A stretch of 64,000 nucleotides of DNA from Bacteroidia bacterium (GTDB lineage Bacteria; Bacteroidota; Bacteroidia; NS11-12g; UBA955): the NCBI GenBank assembly GCA_044224315.1, contig JBGAKR010000005.1, positions 21,442 through 85,441 on the forward strand, read 5' to 3'. How positions within the stretch are numbered: position 1 is the stretch's first letter; every line of letters starts with the position of its first letter. Made by a program: the position numbers and the translations under genes. Shown here in pieces: positions 48,277 to 57,912 of this stretch. A model generated the notes under the pieces. That model did not search any database. It had not been told where the DNA came from and saw only the letters and a list, made by a program, of their open reading frames with translations.

Positions 48277-50493
48277 TTAAAAGCTGCCTTTAAGAGATAA
48301 TACAAAATTGCGACCCGGTGCGCTTATACCGGATGCAAACACGCGGTATCGAAGGTCCAGAATGTTTTCAACAGCAAAACCCACCTGCAGGTGTTTGTTT
48401 ACAATCCATTGTCCGCGGATATTGTAGGTTTGCCATGACGGAGTGCGGCCTCGGTCGGAATATTGGGCATTATCCTCACCACTAGGGCTGTAGTCTTTGG
48501 CTTTTTTCCAACCTTGAAACAACACAAAAGCTTCAAGTTGCCATTCATTGGATACCCAGCGCAGTCCGCCACGTCCATGATCTGGCGCTACGTGGTCTAA
48601 CGGAGCCCATGCACTTTTCTCTGTTGCCTTATAACGGCCATAAGTAGTGGTATAATTAAAATCGGCAAACAGATTTTCGATTACGCGCAATTTTGCTGCA
48701 AACCAGGATCCTGTAACATATCCTCCGGCAGTATTGGCCATTTGATAAACGCGGGTCATTTTACCATCATAAAAAAATGAGTCGGCCCCATTAAAAGTAC
48801 TTGTTTGGTCAATCAACAAATTATCGATTTTGGTATAATAGGTGCCTGCCTCAAAGCGCGTATTTTCGTTGGTATAAGAAATATTTAAATCAATACTGCG
48901 GGTTTGTTCTGCTTTTAAATCTTTATTCGGAAAAATTAATTTATTGCCTGCTGCGCTTTCAAACAATTTAGTCATATCATCCACATTGGGGTTTCTAAAA
49001 CCGCTGGCCAGGCTGGCTTTCATAAACAAGCCTTTAATTCCCAGATTTTTAATCACACCCAGATTGTACACCAAATTACTATTTTTTACTGTGGCTTCCG
49101 AATAGGGTAATTTTAAAAAGTTTTGAGCCGTATAATTGGCTTTAAGGTTGTAATTGCTTGCACGGAAACCCGCTTCTACAATAAAATCATCGGGTAAAAT
49201 GGCATAATTTGCGTTTGCAAAAACAGACATGCTGCTGGTTTTTGCTCCACCATCGGCATAGCGGGTATCTGTAATGGAAGTAACAGCCCCGGTATTTACA
49301 TTGGTATTGGTTGCCGTTGATTTTACATCATTTGCAACAAACTCAGCACCTCCCTGGATTTTCAGGTTTTCGAGAAGGCGATACGCGATATCGTAGTTAA
49401 AGGCCGACATCATTACTTTATCCACCTGTGCTTTTTCGTTGGTTGCTTTAAAACTACGGGTAACGCGCCCAACTTCGGCAAATTGATTGCTGAGAATTAC
49501 GCGATGCTTAAGTCGATCTGTAGAAGGCAGGTTTAAGGCATAGCTGATAAAACGACGGTTTTGGGGTGCGTAATTCCAGGTAGCAAATCGCAGGGCACCA
49601 TTGCGCACATCGGTAAGGCGGTCATATCTGGGTACCACATCGGTAGTGCTCAATTGTACATTAAGCATATGCGTTAATTTTCCTGTTTTCAGGGCCAGTT
49701 TAGAAAACAAATCATTTTGTACATAGCCCGAACCTTTTTGAACGAAGGGATCATAATTACGCAGTTGCGTATCACGCCCATTAATTCTGTCGATGTAATA
49801 ATTACGGTAACCGAATGTATCGTTTCCTGTAAAATTGCGCTGTTGACCCATTCTCAAATCGCCAAAATCGCTGTGGGTAATATTAAATAACCAAGCCAGT
49901 TTTCGGCCCGATACTTCGAAGTTTATATTGGCAATGGAAGCATTGGCAGCACTCATATAACGGAGATTGGCATTGGCATTAGCAAAGCCAAACTTGTGTT
50001 CCCTGAATTTAGGATCTCTGGATTTAAGGTAAATAACCCCACCCAATGCATCGGAGCCATACAGGGTAGAACCGCTTCCGAAGAAAATTTCGGTTCTGTC
50101 GAGCATAAACTGGTCCAGGGTAATTAAATCCTGCAAATGCCCGGCGCGGTAAGTGGCATTGTTCATGCGCACCCCATCTACCACCATTAATACACGGCTT
50201 GCTTCAAAGCCTCTAAGTACAGGGCTTCCGCCACCCAACTGGCTTTTTTGCATAAATACATAACCGGTTTGTGCAAGTACATCGGCCATAGTTCCTTGTT
50301 GTGCCATGGCAATTTGTTTAGCATTGATGGCTTCTATCTGCCTTGTATTGTTAAGGCGTTTATCGCCCATTCTTTGGGCAGAAATTAATATTTCATTCAT
50401 GGATTCTATTTCGGCAGAATCCGGACCGGTAGATTGCCCGAATGCAGGCAATATAAGCAGGCAGGCTATACCCACCAGTAAGCTTTTTTTCAT
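48277..50493 (-). CDS. TonB-dependent outer membrane receptor.
   Basis: Signal peptide MKKSLLVGIACLLILPAFGQ. Plug domain followed by a 22-strand barrel region. C-terminal ...LSLKGSF with a terminal Phe. Confidence 0.85.
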   Translation of the reverse strand: MKKSLLVGIACLLILPAFGQSTGPDSAEIESMNEILISAQRMGDKRLNNTRQIEAINAKQIAMAQQGTMADVLAQTGYVFMQKSQLGGGSPVLRGFEASRVLMVVDGVRMNNATYRAGHLQDLITLDQFMLDRTEIFFGSGSTLYGSDALGGVIYLKSRDPKFREHKFGFANANANLRYMSAANASIANINFEVSGRKLAWLFNITHSDFGDLRMGQQRNFTGNDTFGYRNYYIDRINGRDTQLRNYDPFVQKGSGYVQNDLFSKLALKTGKLTHMLNVQLSTTDVVPRYDRLTDVRNGALRFATWNYAPQNRRFISYALNLPSTDRLKHRVILSNQFAEVGRVTRSFKATNEKAQVDKVMMSAFNYDIAYRLLENLKIQGGAEFVANDVKSTATNTNVNTGAVTSITDTRYADGGAKTSSMSVFANANYAILPDDFIVEAGFRASNYNLKANYTAQNFLKLPYSEATVKNSNLVYNLGVIKNLGIKGLFMKASLASGFRNPNVDDMTKLFESAAGNKLIFPNKDLKAEQTRSIDLNISYTNENTRFEAGTYYTKIDNLLIDQTSTFNGADSFFYDGKMTRVYQMANTAGGYVTGSWFAAKLRVIENLFADFNYTTTYGRYKATEKSAWAPLDHVAPDHGRGGLRWVSNEWQLEAFVLFQGWKKAKDYSPSGEDNAQYSDRGRTPSWQTYNIRGQWIVNKHLQVGFAVENILDLRYRVFASGISAPGRNFVLSLKGSF

Positions 50494-50556
50494 TTTTTAG
50501 TACGGTTTTTTATTTGAATTTAAACAATGGTAGAATTAAATTTTTGGGGCAATAAA

Positions 50557-51042
50557 TTAACCCAAAAATTCTGGCGGAGGGCCTATTACCTCTCTGATTG
50601 TTTGATTCAATGCGCCAGGATTATGGCACCGCAATGGAGAATAAATATAAATATAATTTAAATGGGTAATATTATAATGCAGGGTAATCCAATCTTTAGG
50701 GATATTAAATTTACCATTTTTCTCTTTTGCATCGGAATTCGCCGCATTGCCGTCTTCCAGTATATCTTCTATTTCATCGCAAATCACTTCTGCATCCCAA
50801 CCGTTTGACACGCGGGTAACGGCAATTACATCGTAATGCTTATGTTCAATTTCAACCTCTTGTCCGGGACTTAGGTTTGAAATTTGGGAAAATGAGAAAT
50901 GGTATTTCACTGTTGATGCCGACTTTTGCGCAAACATCTGATAGCGATGTACAGAAAGTGTTGCTTGCTGCAAAAGCGGCGACAGGCCCACCACTAAAGT
51001 GAGCAAATAAGCCAAAGCTATGGTTAATTTCTGCCTCAACAA
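50557..51042 (-). CDS. Small secreted hypothetical protein of an unrecognised family; a paralog of 53366-53857.
   Basis: Signal peptide MLRQKLTIALAYLLTLVVGLSPLLQQATLSV. Shares the motifs PLLQ, W(D/E), IPxKDW, NYNI and PPExL with the other copy. Confidence 0.5.
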   Translation of the reverse strand: MLRQKLTIALAYLLTLVVGLSPLLQQATLSVHRYQMFAQKSASTVKYHFSFSQISNLSPGQEVEIEHKHYDVIAVTRVSNGWDAEVICDEIEDILEDGNAANSDAKEKNGKFNIPKDWITLHYNITHLNYIYIYSPLRCHNPGALNQTIREVIGPPPEFLG

Positions 51043-51098
51043 CTGCAGCGAAAATACAAATATTATTTTAATCTCAAGTATTTAGTTTCTTGTATTTT

Positions 51099-51132
51099 AT
51101 AAAAAAGAAAGGAGATGTTTCCACCTCCCTTC
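51099..51132 (-). terminator. Probable intrinsic terminator following the M43 protease gene.
   Basis: The minus strand reads gaagggag-(loop)-ctcctttc (imperfect 8-bp stem) followed by a T-run. Confidence 0.4.
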
Positions 51133-51148
51133 TTTCAAATTTCAAGGT

Positions 51149-53239
51149 TTATTTAACCATGAGTTTGGTAGTTGAAATAGCGCCGTTTAAACTAACCTGA
51201 AGCATATAAATTCCGGGACTTATGGCTTTACCTAAAGGCAAATTCAGAATAGCATTTGCGGTATTGGAATTATACAATTCAGCCAAATTTTTACCTGACA
51301 AATCCAGCAGATTTATTTGCACATTTTTTGCGTTACCATTTGGCAAAGTTATTTGCAACATTCCTTCGGCAGGATTGGGATAAACCCGAACCGAACCTTG
51401 CGCCATTGTATTTGTATTCAGTACCTGATTTATATTAATGTCATCCAAAAAGAAATTATTGCCCCCATCACTTTTAAACTCAAACATTACCATCATATTC
51501 TGCCTTAATGCTGCATTTATTTTAGATAGATCTACGGTCACCGACTTCCATTGCTCCGCATCGGGAGGAAAAAAATCATACACATATTTTGGGGTGTTTT
51601 TTACTGTATTGAGATTCTGTCCGGAGGCGGAATAACGGTTAATCCAGGTTTTACCACAATCTGCCGAAGTGCGCACTGTAAGTACATCTTCGGTGCCTGT
51701 AGTAACATTCTGTTTATTGCGCTGTACAAATGAATATTTAAAAGTGAGAGAAGCATCGGTGCCGGAAAGGTCGTAATGATCCGTAATTAATCTGTAATAA
51801 AAATCTGATTTGAAAGGGCTATTGGCCACCATTAAAGAACGACTGCCGTGAGTAGAAGCGCTGCTTGTAGATATCCAATTGTCGGAATTATTGGTTTCGG
51901 TATACCAATTGGCAGAAATCTCCGACTCGAAAGATTCTTTCAAAAGATTAACATTACCCGGCCAGGGATCATATACACGCACCTGTAATCGGCGTCGCAG
52001 CGTATCAGATCCATTCGCATTTGAAACAATTAAAACCGCCTCCTGCATACCTGGAGTTGAGAATGTAACCAGGGGATTTACCAGGTTTGAGGTACTTGGG
52101 TTTCCACCAGGGAAAAACCAATTGTAACTAACCGATCCGGTATACTGATAACTCATATCGGTAAATTGCACTGCACTGCCTGTACAAACGGTTTTATTTT
52201 CGGCAAAAAAGAATGCTTTGGGTTTGCAATTGCTAACCGGATTCAGCACCCCCGTTGCTAAGAGATTTTCATTGGTAATTAGCATCGACCTAAACTTATT
52301 TATGGTAGCAAGCATGCGTGATTTTTGGCCTTCACTAAACATGTTTTGGCAAGCACCATCCGAATAATCCATATAATTTTCATATTGATCTGGTAAATCA
52401 GGGTCGTCAGTTGCGCAGGTATTTATTTCAGAGGGGAGACATACACCATAACTAGGTCCGCTAACGGGTGGAGTATCGTCCACTTTATCATCATCTCCAC
52501 ATCCTCCTTGAAAAGTATGAAATAAGCCCAGCCAGTGGCCGGTTTCATGGGTAAGTACACGGCCGTAATTAGGCCTTAGACCTGCTGGGTTAGCGGCAGT
52601 ACCAATGGAGCCTACCATGTCGTGACGAATAATTACACCATCCGTGCGGTACAAACCCGTCCAGGGAAACTGCGCGTATCCTAAAATGGTGCCAGCTACA
52701 CCCGATTGTGATGCAATATTTTTTACCACCCAGATATTGAAATAATGATCTGCTGGCCATACGCTGAGTAATTTAATGGCATCGTCACCGTTTTCAGTCA
52801 GTGGAGTTTCATAACGCACTATACCCTCTGTGCAGCGGCCAAAATTATCTTTTGTTGCCAACTTAAATTCGATATTACAATCGGCTGCTATGCCTTTAAA
52901 AACATCGCGTGTTTTATTGCTATCGGCATTTTGTCTGCGGTAATCTATATTCAACAATCGAATCGCATCCTCACATTGGGCTTTCGAAATATTTTCGGGT
53001 CCTCCATTGTGAAATATATGAAATACCACCGGAATAATAATAGTAGCGGCTCTGGAGGAAAGGCCTGTTGCGGTTTTTACAGTGGCATTAAAATTGGCTT
53101 CCCTATTTAATATTGTAGGGTCAGCAATTATTTGTTCTTTGTATTTTAAATCCGTTCCGCAAGGTTCGGTTTTTTTATTCTGTGCGCAAAGCACAAAGCT
53201 GAATACAACAGCTGCTATCAGTGTTAATTGTTTTTTCAT
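51149..53239 (-). CDS. Secreted M43-family (pappalysin/cytophagalysin-like) zinc metalloprotease with a T9SS C-terminal sorting domain.
   Basis: Signal peptide MKKQLTLIAAVVFSFVLCAQN. Zinc-binding HETGHWLGLFHTF plus the downstream GGCGDDD. CTD VRVYPNPAEGMLQITL...GIYMLQVSLNGAISTTKLMVK. Confidence 0.8.
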   Translation of the reverse strand: MKKQLTLIAAVVFSFVLCAQNKKTEPCGTDLKYKEQIIADPTILNREANFNATVKTATGLSSRAATIIIPVVFHIFHNGGPENISKAQCEDAIRLLNIDYRRQNADSNKTRDVFKGIAADCNIEFKLATKDNFGRCTEGIVRYETPLTENGDDAIKLLSVWPADHYFNIWVVKNIASQSGVAGTILGYAQFPWTGLYRTDGVIIRHDMVGSIGTAANPAGLRPNYGRVLTHETGHWLGLFHTFQGGCGDDDKVDDTPPVSGPSYGVCLPSEINTCATDDPDLPDQYENYMDYSDGACQNMFSEGQKSRMLATINKFRSMLITNENLLATGVLNPVSNCKPKAFFFAENKTVCTGSAVQFTDMSYQYTGSVSYNWFFPGGNPSTSNLVNPLVTFSTPGMQEAVLIVSNANGSDTLRRRLQVRVYDPWPGNVNLLKESFESEISANWYTETNNSDNWISTSSASTHGSRSLMVANSPFKSDFYYRLITDHYDLSGTDASLTFKYSFVQRNKQNVTTGTEDVLTVRTSADCGKTWINRYSASGQNLNTVKNTPKYVYDFFPPDAEQWKSVTVDLSKINAALRQNMMVMFEFKSDGGNNFFLDDININQVLNTNTMAQGSVRVYPNPAEGMLQITLPNGNAKNVQINLLDLSGKNLAELYNSNTANAILNLPLGKAISPGIYMLQVSLNGAISTTKLMVK

Positions 53240-53365
53240 TTTGGATTTAATTTAGGTTTAATAAGGCATTGTGGGTGAATTCAAAGTAAGCTTTAGAGAA
53301 ACTTTGGAATATCACAACAATGTAGAAACAAAGACAAGTGCATCAGGGCATTGTCAACTTTTCAA

Positions 53366-53857
53366 TCAACTTAAATTTTCCGGTGGAGAATGCGGAGTTG
53401 CTGAAAAACCCGCTGTCATATTAATGTTATATTCAGGGTAAAAAAAACAGCATGAATTGCAATTTATGTTATAATTAAATGGAATATGGTTGCACCAATC
53501 TTTGGCGAATGGAATTTTGTTTTTAACCCAATCATTTGAAGAATTCGCAGCCATAGATTTCAATATCCCATACTCAATTTTATCATTAATAGCTGCTATT
53601 TCCCATTTATCACCGCGGAGAGATGCTGATACGATATCAAATTCAGTATTTTGCCAAAAGATTTCATCCCCTGCTTCAACTCTGACAATTTCTGAAACGG
53701 GAATTATCAGTTTCGCCAGATTTTTTTGATCCGAAATGCGGGCAATTTGTTGCTTAACGCAATATTTACGTGCCAGCACAGCTGTTACCTGCAGCAATGG
53801 CAATGCCGCGAATAAAAGCGCCAAGGACAAAGTAAATACTTTTAGATTTCGCAACAC
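53366..53857 (-). CDS. Small secreted hypothetical protein, a paralog of 50557-51042; C-terminal Cys cluster CNSCC.
   Basis: Signal peptide MLRNLKVFTLSLALLFAALPLLQVTAVLA. Shared motifs KIPFAKDW, NYNI, PPENL. Confidence 0.5.
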   Translation of the reverse strand: MLRNLKVFTLSLALLFAALPLLQVTAVLARKYCVKQQIARISDQKNLAKLIIPVSEIVRVEAGDEIFWQNTEFDIVSASLRGDKWEIAAINDKIEYGILKSMAANSSNDWVKNKIPFAKDWCNHIPFNYNINCNSCCFFYPEYNINMTAGFSATPHSPPENLS

Positions 53858-53918
53858 GGCAAATATATGGCAAGCGGCAAAATCTAAACCCGGACGTAAT
53901 TACTTTTACTTTCCTATG

Positions 53919-54833
53919 TCAAAACTGATAGCAACTATTCTTGCCCGGAGCCAGTCCTCTTTCCTTTTTGCCATTGGTGCGAGGGGCACCCTTGCCACCT
54001 AAAATCAAATTGTAATTGATACACAGAAAAAAGAAGTTATCGGTATAAGTAGGTTTACCCCTAATGGCTCCCGGGGCGCTAAAACCCGGAATTTCACCTA
54101 AACTTCGGTCGCTTAAATCCACAGCTGTTTGCCCGTTACTTGCCAACAGTTGGGTTTTATCTACATAATTGGTAGAAACATCATCAATATAATCTGTAAA
54201 CGTTTTGCGCGAGCTTAATTCAAAGCTCCAATATCCATGCGGGCGCGATAGAAAATTAATACCAAAACCAAATGGAATGGCAAAGGAAGTAAGTTTATAT
54301 GGCGATTTACCCGGCATAAAAAACTGCCCTTCGGTTCCCAGGGGTTGTAAACGCACAACTTGCCCGTTATAATGGGTGCGGGGGTCGAAATGAAAGTATT
54401 CTATACCCGCAAACATGTATAATTTATTAAACTTTTGTTTATCGGGTAAAAATTTAAATTCCATTATTAGATTTCCTCCCTGGATAGGTGAAAAGAAATC
54501 GAGGTTTCGATTGCGACGTGCCGGATTGGTTGTATACTTATCGCTGGCAGACAAGCGGCCATAATACCCTCCGGCACGCAAGGCAAAAGATTTACCAAAA
54601 TTAAAGCGCATTCCAAGCCCTCCCATATATCGGGTTCCTTGTAAATTCAGATCGGCAATAGATGGGGTGCCGTTGGTAAAACTTCCACCTAAGTCGCCCA
54701 AAAAATGGGTAGACCCGGCACTAAAAACAAGATTAATTTGTGCCTTTGCGGAATGAGAAGCAAGTGCAATAAACCCAATGAAAATGCATTGGTTGAACCT
54801 GCAAAAATACCTGCCAGTATTTGTAATTTGCAT
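53919..54833 (-). CDS. Outer-membrane beta-barrel family protein, paralog A, 304 aa.
   Basis: Signal peptide. Long blocks identical to paralog B (RLQPLGTEGQFFMPG, KTFTDYIDDVST, VDKTQLLASNGQTAVDLSDRSLGEIP). C-terminal Phe. Confidence 0.6.
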   Translation of the reverse strand: MQITNTGRYFCRFNQCIFIGFIALASHSAKAQINLVFSAGSTHFLGDLGGSFTNGTPSIADLNLQGTRYMGGLGMRFNFGKSFALRAGGYYGRLSASDKYTTNPARRNRNLDFFSPIQGGNLIMEFKFLPDKQKFNKLYMFAGIEYFHFDPRTHYNGQVVRLQPLGTEGQFFMPGKSPYKLTSFAIPFGFGINFLSRPHGYWSFELSSRKTFTDYIDDVSTNYVDKTQLLASNGQTAVDLSDRSLGEIPGFSAPGAIRGKPTYTDNFFFLCINYNLILGGKGAPRTNGKKERGLAPGKNSCYQF

Positions 54834-54890
54834 GTGTGGGTGCCCTCCGTAAGGGAATGTTTTACTCGAAATTAGGTAAAAATCCTGAGA

Positions 54891-55802
54891 TTAAAAAATA
54901 TCATTGCAGCTTCCACCCCTGCTATGTTTAACCTTGCGGTGTCCGTTTCTGTGATTAAAACTGGCAGAAGAGCCTTTGCGCGCACCTAGGGTATAAGCAT
55001 AGGTTACGGATAAAAAGAAAAAGTTGTCGTTGCTGGAAGAATGCCCGCGAATGGTACCCGGATCGCTGAAATAAGGGATTTCGCCCAGGCTTCGGTCGCT
55101 GAGATCTACAGCTGTTTGTCCGTTACTGGCCAGTAATTGGGTTTTGTCTACAAATGTGGTAGAAACATCATCGATATAATCGGTAAATGTTTTACGGCAT
55201 ACCAATTCAGTGCTTAAACTGCCTCTGTCTCCTTTGTAAAAAGTATAGCCAATGCCAAAAGGGATAGCCAGGGAAGTAAGCTTATATGGACTGCGGCCCG
55301 GCATAAAAAACTGGCCTTCGGTGCCCAAGGGTTGCAATCGCACAGTTTGCCCGTTGTATTTGGTTCGCGGATCGAATTTAAAATACTCTATGCCACCAAA
55401 AACATACCAGTTACCCGGCTTGCCCTGGCTGGGTAATTTAAATTCGAGCATGGCGCTGCCACCTATGATGGGGGAAAAGAAATTAAGATTTCGGTTCTTC
55501 CGTTCGGGATTGCTGGTGTATTTATCATTGGCTGCCACCCTTGCATAATACCCATTCAAACGCCCGGATACATATTGGCTAAAGGGGAAACGTAAACCTG
55601 CGCCCAGCATATATCGGGTACTTTGCAAATCAACATCCTGAATATCGTGTGTGCCGATAACAGGCTTGCCGCCTAAATCACCCAAAAAGCTGGATGATCC
55701 GCCAGTAGCCAGGATTTGAATCTGGCCTGCCGCGGGCGCAACAGCACTGAAGCCTGCCAGCAACAATGCCAATAAGTGTTTTTGAGTGAATTCGGTTTTC
55801 AT
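54891..55802 (-). CDS. Outer-membrane beta-barrel family protein, paralog B, 304 aa.
   Basis: ATG at 55802 (MKTEFTQKHLLALLLAGFSAVAPAAGQ). The track ORF extends to 56291 through non-coding-looking sequence that overlaps the thiolase gene. C-terminal Phe. Confidence 0.6.
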   Translation of the reverse strand: MKTEFTQKHLLALLLAGFSAVAPAAGQIQILATGGSSSFLGDLGGKPVIGTHDIQDVDLQSTRYMLGAGLRFPFSQYVSGRLNGYYARVAANDKYTSNPERKNRNLNFFSPIIGGSAMLEFKLPSQGKPGNWYVFGGIEYFKFDPRTKYNGQTVRLQPLGTEGQFFMPGRSPYKLTSLAIPFGIGYTFYKGDRGSLSTELVCRKTFTDYIDDVSTTFVDKTQLLASNGQTAVDLSDRSLGEIPYFSDPGTIRGHSSSNDNFFFLSVTYAYTLGARKGSSASFNHRNGHRKVKHSRGGSCNDIF

Positions 55803-55932
55803 ATTTTTCTGCCTCCATGCTTTTTGACAGGCAAATGTTGAATTGGTTGCACCGATGCCTGTAATTTTTATAACGCTATTATTGGTTGCAAAATTTTCTA
55901 CGCTGCGGTTTTTAAGGTTAATTTGCACCTGC

Positions 55933-57132
55933 ATGAATGAGGTATTTGTAATTGATGTATTGCGTACTCCGGTTGGAAAATTCGGCGGAAGCCTTGCCAG
56001 TGTGCGCCCCGACGATATGGCCGCCCACGTAATTCGCAGTATTATGGAGCGCAATGGCAACATCGATTTTACCGAAACCGATGATGTAATTTTTGGTGCT
56101 GCTAACCAGGCAGGAGAAGACAACCGAAATGTTGCACGCATGGCATTGTTGCTAGCCGGATTGCCGGTTACTGTACCCGGATATACGGTAAACCGTTTGT
56201 GTGCAAGCGGGTTGCAGAGCATAATGAATGGATATATGGCCATTCGCAGCGGACAAGCGGGATTGATTTTGGCCGGTGGCACAGAAAGCATGACCCGTGC
56301 ACCTTTTGTAATGGCAAAAGCCGAGCAGGGATTTCAACGGAATGTAGAAATATACGATACCACCATTGGATGGCGTTTTACTAATCCCAAACTGGCCGAA
56401 ATGTACCATCCATACAGTATGGGCGAAACTGCAGAAAATGTAGCTGTTAAATATAATGTAAGCCGGGAGGATCAGGATCAGTTTGCCTTTGAAACCCAAC
56501 AAAATTGGGCCAATGCGCAGGCTGCCGGAAAATTCAAAAATGAAATAACCCCTGTATTATTGCCCCAGAAAAAAGGCGACCCTAAAATATTTGATACCGA
56601 TGAGCATCCGCGCCTAAGCACCGTGGAAGTGTTGGCCGGCCTAAAACCTGCATTTAAAAAAGATGGCACAGTAACTGCCGGAAACTCCAGTGGAATAAAC
56701 GATGGTGCTGCCTGCATGATTCTGGCTTCAGAAGAAACCGTAATTAAATTTAAATTAAAACCCATGGCACGCATTGCAGGGATTGGTGTGGCCGGTGTAC
56801 CACCCGAAATTATGGGAATTGGACCTATCCCAGCCTCACTAAAAGCTATGCACCACGCGGGTATAACAGCAGCCGACCTGGATTTGGCCGAATTAAATGA
56901 AGCATTTGCGGTACAAGTTTTAGCCAGCATGCGCGAATTAAAAATAGCGCGCGAAATTGTGAATGTAAATGGTGGCAGCATTGCCATCGGACATCCATTA
57001 GGTGCATCCGGAACCCGAATTTCTGCTACACTTTTACATGAAATGCAAAAACGCCAAACCGCCCGCTATGGCCTCGCAACCATGTGCATTGGTGTGGGAC
57101 AAGGCAGCGCTATAGTGTACGAAAAACTATAA
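55933..57132 (+). CDS. Acetyl-CoA C-acyltransferase / acetoacetyl-CoA thiolase.
   Basis: ATG at 55933 (MNEVFVIDVLRTPVGKFGG). Active-site Cys region VNRLCASGLQS. C-terminal GHPLGASG and CIGVGQG motifs. Confidence 0.9.
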   Translation: MNEVFVIDVLRTPVGKFGGSLASVRPDDMAAHVIRSIMERNGNIDFTETDDVIFGAANQAGEDNRNVARMALLLAGLPVTVPGYTVNRLCASGLQSIMNGYMAIRSGQAGLILAGGTESMTRAPFVMAKAEQGFQRNVEIYDTTIGWRFTNPKLAEMYHPYSMGETAENVAVKYNVSREDQDQFAFETQQNWANAQAAGKFKNEITPVLLPQKKGDPKIFDTDEHPRLSTVEVLAGLKPAFKKDGTVTAGNSSGINDGAACMILASEETVIKFKLKPMARIAGIGVAGVPPEIMGIGPIPASLKAMHHAGITAADLDLAELNEAFAVQVLASMRELKIAREIVNVNGGSIAIGHPLGASGTRISATLLHEMQKRQTARYGLATMCIGVGQGSAIVYEKL

Positions 57133-57140
57133 AATTATAT

Positions 57141-57863
57141 ATGCGTTTTGCGCTGCAACTGGCTTACGACGGAACCCGATTTCATGGTTGGCAGAAGCAG
57201 GAAAATGCAATTACCGTGCAGGGAGAAATCGAAAAATGCCTGGCACAAATTTTTCAAAAAGAAATTTCCATTTTAGGCTGTGGCCGCACCGATACCGGCG
57301 TGCATGCCCGCAATTACACCGCCCATTTTGATTTGGAAAATGAATTGCCCGACAAATTTTTATTTAAAATAAATTCATTACTTCCCGATGAAATTGCAAT
57401 AAAAAACTGCACCACAACCCATGCAGAATTTCATGCCAGATTTGATGCCATTATGCGCGAATATGCATACCACATTCATTTTGAAAAAGATCCATTTTTA
57501 ATCCATAAAAGTTGGGAGAGATATGGCCATTTAGATTTTGAATTAATGAATGCCGGAGCCGATTACCTGATTGGGAACAAAGACTGTACCTGCTTTTGCA
57601 AGGGCGAAGCGCCCAATGACAACTTCTATTGTCAAATTTATTCAGCACAATGGGAGTATTCCGAAAAACAGGCCGTGTTCAGAATTTCGGCCAACCGTTT
57701 TTTGCGCAATATGGTGCGAGCCATTGTTGGCACTTTGGTAGATTTAGGTATGCATAAATATGATTTGGATACATTTAAAAAAATTGTTGACACAGGCACT
57801 CGAAGCGATGCAGGCAACTCTGTACCTGCACACGGACTATATCTGGAACAAGTAAAATACTAA
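57141..57863 (+). CDS. truA: tRNA pseudouridine(38-40) synthase TruA.
   Basis: ATG at 57141 (MRFALQLAYDGTRFHGWQKQ). Catalytic Asp region GCGRTDTGVHA. Confidence 0.9.
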   Translation: MRFALQLAYDGTRFHGWQKQENAITVQGEIEKCLAQIFQKEISILGCGRTDTGVHARNYTAHFDLENELPDKFLFKINSLLPDEIAIKNCTTTHAEFHARFDAIMREYAYHIHFEKDPFLIHKSWERYGHLDFELMNAGADYLIGNKDCTCFCKGEAPNDNFYCQIYSAQWEYSEKQAVFRISANRFLRNMVRAIVGTLVDLGMHKYDLDTFKKIVDTGTRSDAGNSVPAHGLYLEQVKY

Positions 57864-57893
57864 AAAAAACCGGCAATAATTGCCGGTTTTTTT
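57863..57893. terminator. Bidirectional intrinsic terminator between truA (+) and the giant ORF (-).
   Basis: A7, then ccggcaat-aa-ttgccgg hairpin, then T7. Confidence 0.65.
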
Positions 57894-57912
57894 ATGATAT
57901 TAATTTTAATCA

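Noticed and set aside
55803-56291. The N-terminal 163 codons of the track ORF 54891-56291.
   Set aside because: The peptide there is non-protein-like and would overlap the thiolase gene. A clean signal peptide starts at the internal ATG at 55802, giving a 304-aa protein equal in length to its paralog.
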